DNA of 45,515 nt from an uncultured Candidatus Peribacteria bacterium (GTDB lineage: Bacteria > Patescibacteriota > Gracilibacteria > Peribacterales > Peribacteraceae), in the NCBI GenBank assembly GCA_964494435.1, contig CAZBSN010000001.1, positions 1 to 45,515 on the forward strand, in the 5' to 3' direction. The notes beneath the pieces were generated by a model, which was given only the letters and a program-made list of their open reading frames with translations, was not told where the DNA came from and ran no database searches. Of this stretch, positions 43,084 through 45,515 are shown piece after piece (within the stretch, counting starts at the first letter, position 1; each line of letters opens with the position of its first letter). The position numbers and the translations under genes are program-made.

Positions 43084-44133
43084 TCAGGCAAGCGAACGAT
43101 AAACATCACTGTATTTCTGGGCGATCAAATCCCAATCGTACGCCGCAGCATGTTCTCTCCCCGCATTCGAGAGTCGCTCACGAAGCGCGACATTGTTCAG
43201 AAGTTGGTTGATCGCCTGTGCTGCGTCATGAGGTTTATTGGGAGACACGAGGAGTCCTGTCACATTGTTTTTCACGATGTCCGGAATGCCGCCGACATTC
43301 GTTGCGACAACCGCGCATCCAGCAGCCTGTGCTTCGAGGAAGACGTTTCCAAATGCCTCACTGCTGGAAAGTCCGCAGAAAATTTCTGCTGCGGCATACT
43401 CCTGCGCGACCTGATCGTGTGGGACGGCACCGACGAACGTCACTCGATCACCCAGTCTGCAGCCACCTATGGCAAACAGCTCCAAAAACTCTCGCTCCGA
43501 TCCATCTCCAACAATGCGCAGCGTCGCTTCTGGAACCTCCTCCATCGCCATAGCGAGCGTGTCGACACCCTTCATTTTCTCCAACCGCCCGACGAAGAGG
43601 ACTCGCTTCGGAACTCTTTGAGCGGACACAGACGAAAGCTCTGCGTATCGAATGCCATTGGGTATGAGCGTCGCATTTTTCCCATATCGACGAGCGCGTT
43701 CAATAAGCACTGAGCTGATAGCCGTCACTCGATCAGCTGACCTATGAAGCAAACCGAGAAAGAGTGACGTGTTTGTGCTCTGGCATGTAAGAAGTCTCTT
43801 GGCGGATGGAACAATGAACTTTGAGAATGCGAGCGCGAGCCCTGCGAATGATTCGAGCACGGCATGAATGAGTTGAGGCTGCAGTTTCTTTGCCGCGAAC
43901 GGTGCAAGGAACGGGTAGAGCCATTTATCGAACGGTGTACCGAAGCCGACCCGAATCACTTTCACGCCTGACGAGAGGCGATCTTCACGAGGAAGGCTGG
44001 CCCGCATCTTCGCGGCGATGATTGTAATATCAAAATCGTTCTGAAGTCGCGCGCTCACCTCTTCTGCACATGCCTCCGCTCCACTACGCATGGGTGAGAC
44101 GAATGCCGAGAAAATGACGACACGTGGCTTCAT
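43084..44133 (-). CDS. GT4-family glycosyltransferase
   Basis: 'SSSEAFGNVFLEAQAAGCAVVATNVGGIPDIVKNNVTGLLV'. Confidence 0.9.
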   Translation of the reverse strand: MKPRVVIFSAFVSPMRSGAEACAEEVSARLQNDFDITIIAAKMRASLPREDRLSSGVKVIRVGFGTPFDKWLYPFLAPFAAKKLQPQLIHAVLESFAGLALAFSKFIVPSAKRLLTCQSTNTSLFLGLLHRSADRVTAISSVLIERARRYGKNATLIPNGIRYAELSSVSAQRVPKRVLFVGRLEKMKGVDTLAMAMEEVPEATLRIVGDGSEREFLELFAIGGCRLGDRVTFVGAVPHDQVAQEYAAAEIFCGLSSSEAFGNVFLEAQAAGCAVVATNVGGIPDIVKNNVTGLLVSPNKPHDAAQAINQLLNNVALRERLSNAGREHAAAYDWDLIAQKYSDVYRSLA

Positions 44134-45227
44134 GCGATGGAATGGAAAAGTGCATCATACTGCTTCCCCACCTTCTCCCAACTGAAGACATCGTCGATTC
44201 TCTTTCGCGCTGCAACGCCGAGAGCCTTTCGCTTCGCTTCGTCTTGAAGCAGACGCCGAAGATGACTGCGAAGAGCCTCCCGATCCCCTGCTGGATAGAG
44301 GAAGCCTGAGACGCCGTTCTCCAGAAGGTAGCGATTGCCACCAACATCGGATGCAACACACGCACAGCCCGACGCCATCGCTTCTATAAGGGCATTCGAG
44401 AGTCCTTCACTGTGGCTGGGGAGTACGAAGATATCGGATGCGCCGAGAATTGCTGGAATGTCCTCTCGCAGTCCCGTGAATGTCACTTCCTTTTCATACT
44501 CAGAGACGAGCGGGTGTCTGTCTTTATACCAACCAACGACCTGGATCTTCATCTGCGGGAATTCTGTTCGGAGCGGAACGGCAGCGGCGAGGAAATCATC
44601 AACACCCTTCACTGATTCCAAGCGACCGACGTATGTCATGGTGATGCCGTCATGAGCGATTGGTCCATATCCTGCAGTATCGATGCCCGTCGGGATGACT
44701 TGTGACTTCTTTGCGATGCCCAACGTTCGGAGGGTGGAGTCTGGCTGTGGATGGAAGAAGACAACGCGTGATGATGCGAGAAGAACGAGCCATCCAAGCG
44801 TCCACGCGTAGATGCGCGCTGCAATTTGCGCGAAGAGACTCCGAGGGAACCATGTGATGCCCACCAGTGCGTCTGTGAGGAGCAAAACTTTCCGCCCACG
44901 AAGCCAGAGTGAAAGAGCAGCGAGTGACGTCCAGAAGAGAACTTTGTTCACGACGATCATATCGGGCTGTTCATCTCGAACGATGCGACGGACGAACCCT
45001 GAGAATCCGAAACTGATCCCGTAGTTCCACGGATCCGGCAGAAAGAAATCTTTACGACGGTAGATTGTGAGCGTGGGCGACACATTCTCCGTTCTCGTCT
45101 CGCTCCCCATACACGCAACGACCACACGATATCCCAGCCGCCGCCAGAGCTCTGCCAATTTCACCGTACTCACCATCCAACGGTGCTGCTCTTTCCAGTA
45201 CGGGCTGATGAGCAAGATTGTGCGCAT
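44130..45227 (-). CDS. GT4-family glycosyltransferase
   Basis: Start ATG 45227 ('MRTILLISPYW'). 'PSHSEGLSNALIEAMASGCACVASDVGGNRYLLENGVSGFL'. Confidence 0.85.
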   Translation of the reverse strand: MRTILLISPYWKEQHRWMVSTVKLAELWRRLGYRVVVACMGSETRTENVSPTLTIYRRKDFFLPDPWNYGISFGFSGFVRRIVRDEQPDMIVVNKVLFWTSLAALSLWLRGRKVLLLTDALVGITWFPRSLFAQIAARIYAWTLGWLVLLASSRVVFFHPQPDSTLRTLGIAKKSQVIPTGIDTAGYGPIAHDGITMTYVGRLESVKGVDDFLAAAVPLRTEFPQMKIQVVGWYKDRHPLVSEYEKEVTFTGLREDIPAILGASDIFVLPSHSEGLSNALIEAMASGCACVASDVGGNRYLLENGVSGFLYPAGDREALRSHLRRLLQDEAKRKALGVAARKRIDDVFSWEKVGKQYDALFHSIA

Positions 45228-45243
45228 AGAGACGATGATTCTA

Positions 45244-45515
45244 TCACTCTTTCTTGTCTTCTTTCCCCTGCAATCCAGCCTCACGAAGGGCGAGTTGGCG
45301 CATAAGACGTGTGTACCGTCGATTCATCTCCTCCACGCGGACGACGATCGAAAAGACGAGGAAGGTGAGAATACCAATGGCTGTAATGAGAATGGCGTTT
45401 ACCTGGCTGCGAATACCCGTGATGGCCGTGAGGTACGTGAGAAGACCGGGGAAAAGCGCAATGATCGCAATGACTCCCCAGAACACCGTCCAGAGGAACG
45501 CCTCCCAGAGAGTTT
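45244..45515 (-). CDS. small membrane protein, DUF2304-like (5' end outside the window)
   Basis: The reading frame stays open to the window edge (...TLWEAFLWTVFWGVIAIIALFPGLL...). Hydrophobic helices are followed by 'RVEEMNRRYTRLMRQLALREAGL', like the helical C-terminus of DUF2304 proteins found next to glycosyltransferases. Confidence 0.45.
   Translation of the reverse strand, partial: TLWEAFLWTVFWGVIAIIALFPGLLTYLTAITGIRSQVNAILITAIGILTFLVFSIVVRVEEMNRRYTRLMRQLALREAGLQGKEDKKE

Noticed and set aside
1-45515. Search for mobile elements, CRISPR arrays, tRNA/rRNA genes, toxin-antitoxin or phage-defence genes, and long repeats.
   Set aside because: I saw no transposase, integrase, recombinase, nuclease or helicase motif in any frame. 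No spacer exceeds 167 bp, which is too little room for an array or a structured RNA gene. The only repeat structure I noticed is the GATTCC cluster. I cannot exclude dispersed repeats that would need a computational self-alignment (dot plot) to detect.

Overview
Under my gene models only about 1 kb of the 45.5 kb is non-coding. The window is a cell-surface glycan biosynthesis locus of about 45 genes in four alternating strand blocks: + 27-24985, - 24961-32753, + 32821-36966, - 36970-45515 (runs off the edge). Many junctions are 4-nt ATGA start/stop overlaps, which indicates long translationally coupled operons.

Recognisable content:
(i) 812-5253: AsnB-type amidotransferase, MBOAT and an SGNH/DltD-like partner (glycan amidation and O-acylation), followed by a DMT permease and a PhyH-like Fe(II)/2OG oxygenase.
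(ii) 7452-9287: MsbA/PglK-type ABC exporter.
(iii) 9305-21523: a complete legionaminic-acid-type nonulosonic acid (NulO) pathway laid out in reverse pathway order. It is expanded by a second, divergent NeuB-family synthase, an SDR, a GNAT, a class-III aminotransferase and an N-acetyl-sugar amidotransferase/HisH/HisF-type trio (acetamidino formation).
(iv) 21520-23199: an uncharacterised 559-aa KpsS/KpsC-like protein that I propose as the CMP-NulO transferase, coupled to a methyltransferase and a GT4.
(v) 29526-32753: two tandem paralogous ~535-aa polytopic membrane proteins that I cannot place in any named family. These are my best candidate for something new, possibly an extracytoplasmic GT-C-like transferase or polymerase.
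(vi) 33698-36260: a WbpB/WbpD/WbpE-like trio, plus a WecB-type 2-epimerase elsewhere in the locus (2,3-diacetamido sugar).
(vii) A polyprenyl-phosphate-sugar-synthase-like GT2 and a GT2-GtrA fusion.
(viii) Eight GT4/GT-B transferases, an RmlB-like dehydratase and a NUDIX hydrolase.

I recognised no rRNA, tRNA, CRISPR array, transposase/integrase or defence-type gene. I also recognised no priming phosphoglycosyltransferase, Wzx, Wzy or Wzz. The host cannot be identified from this window. Shine-Dalgarno motifs are nearly absent and the genes are compact and overlapping. All functional calls come from motif and family recognition by eye on the supplied translations; nothing was verified by a database search.
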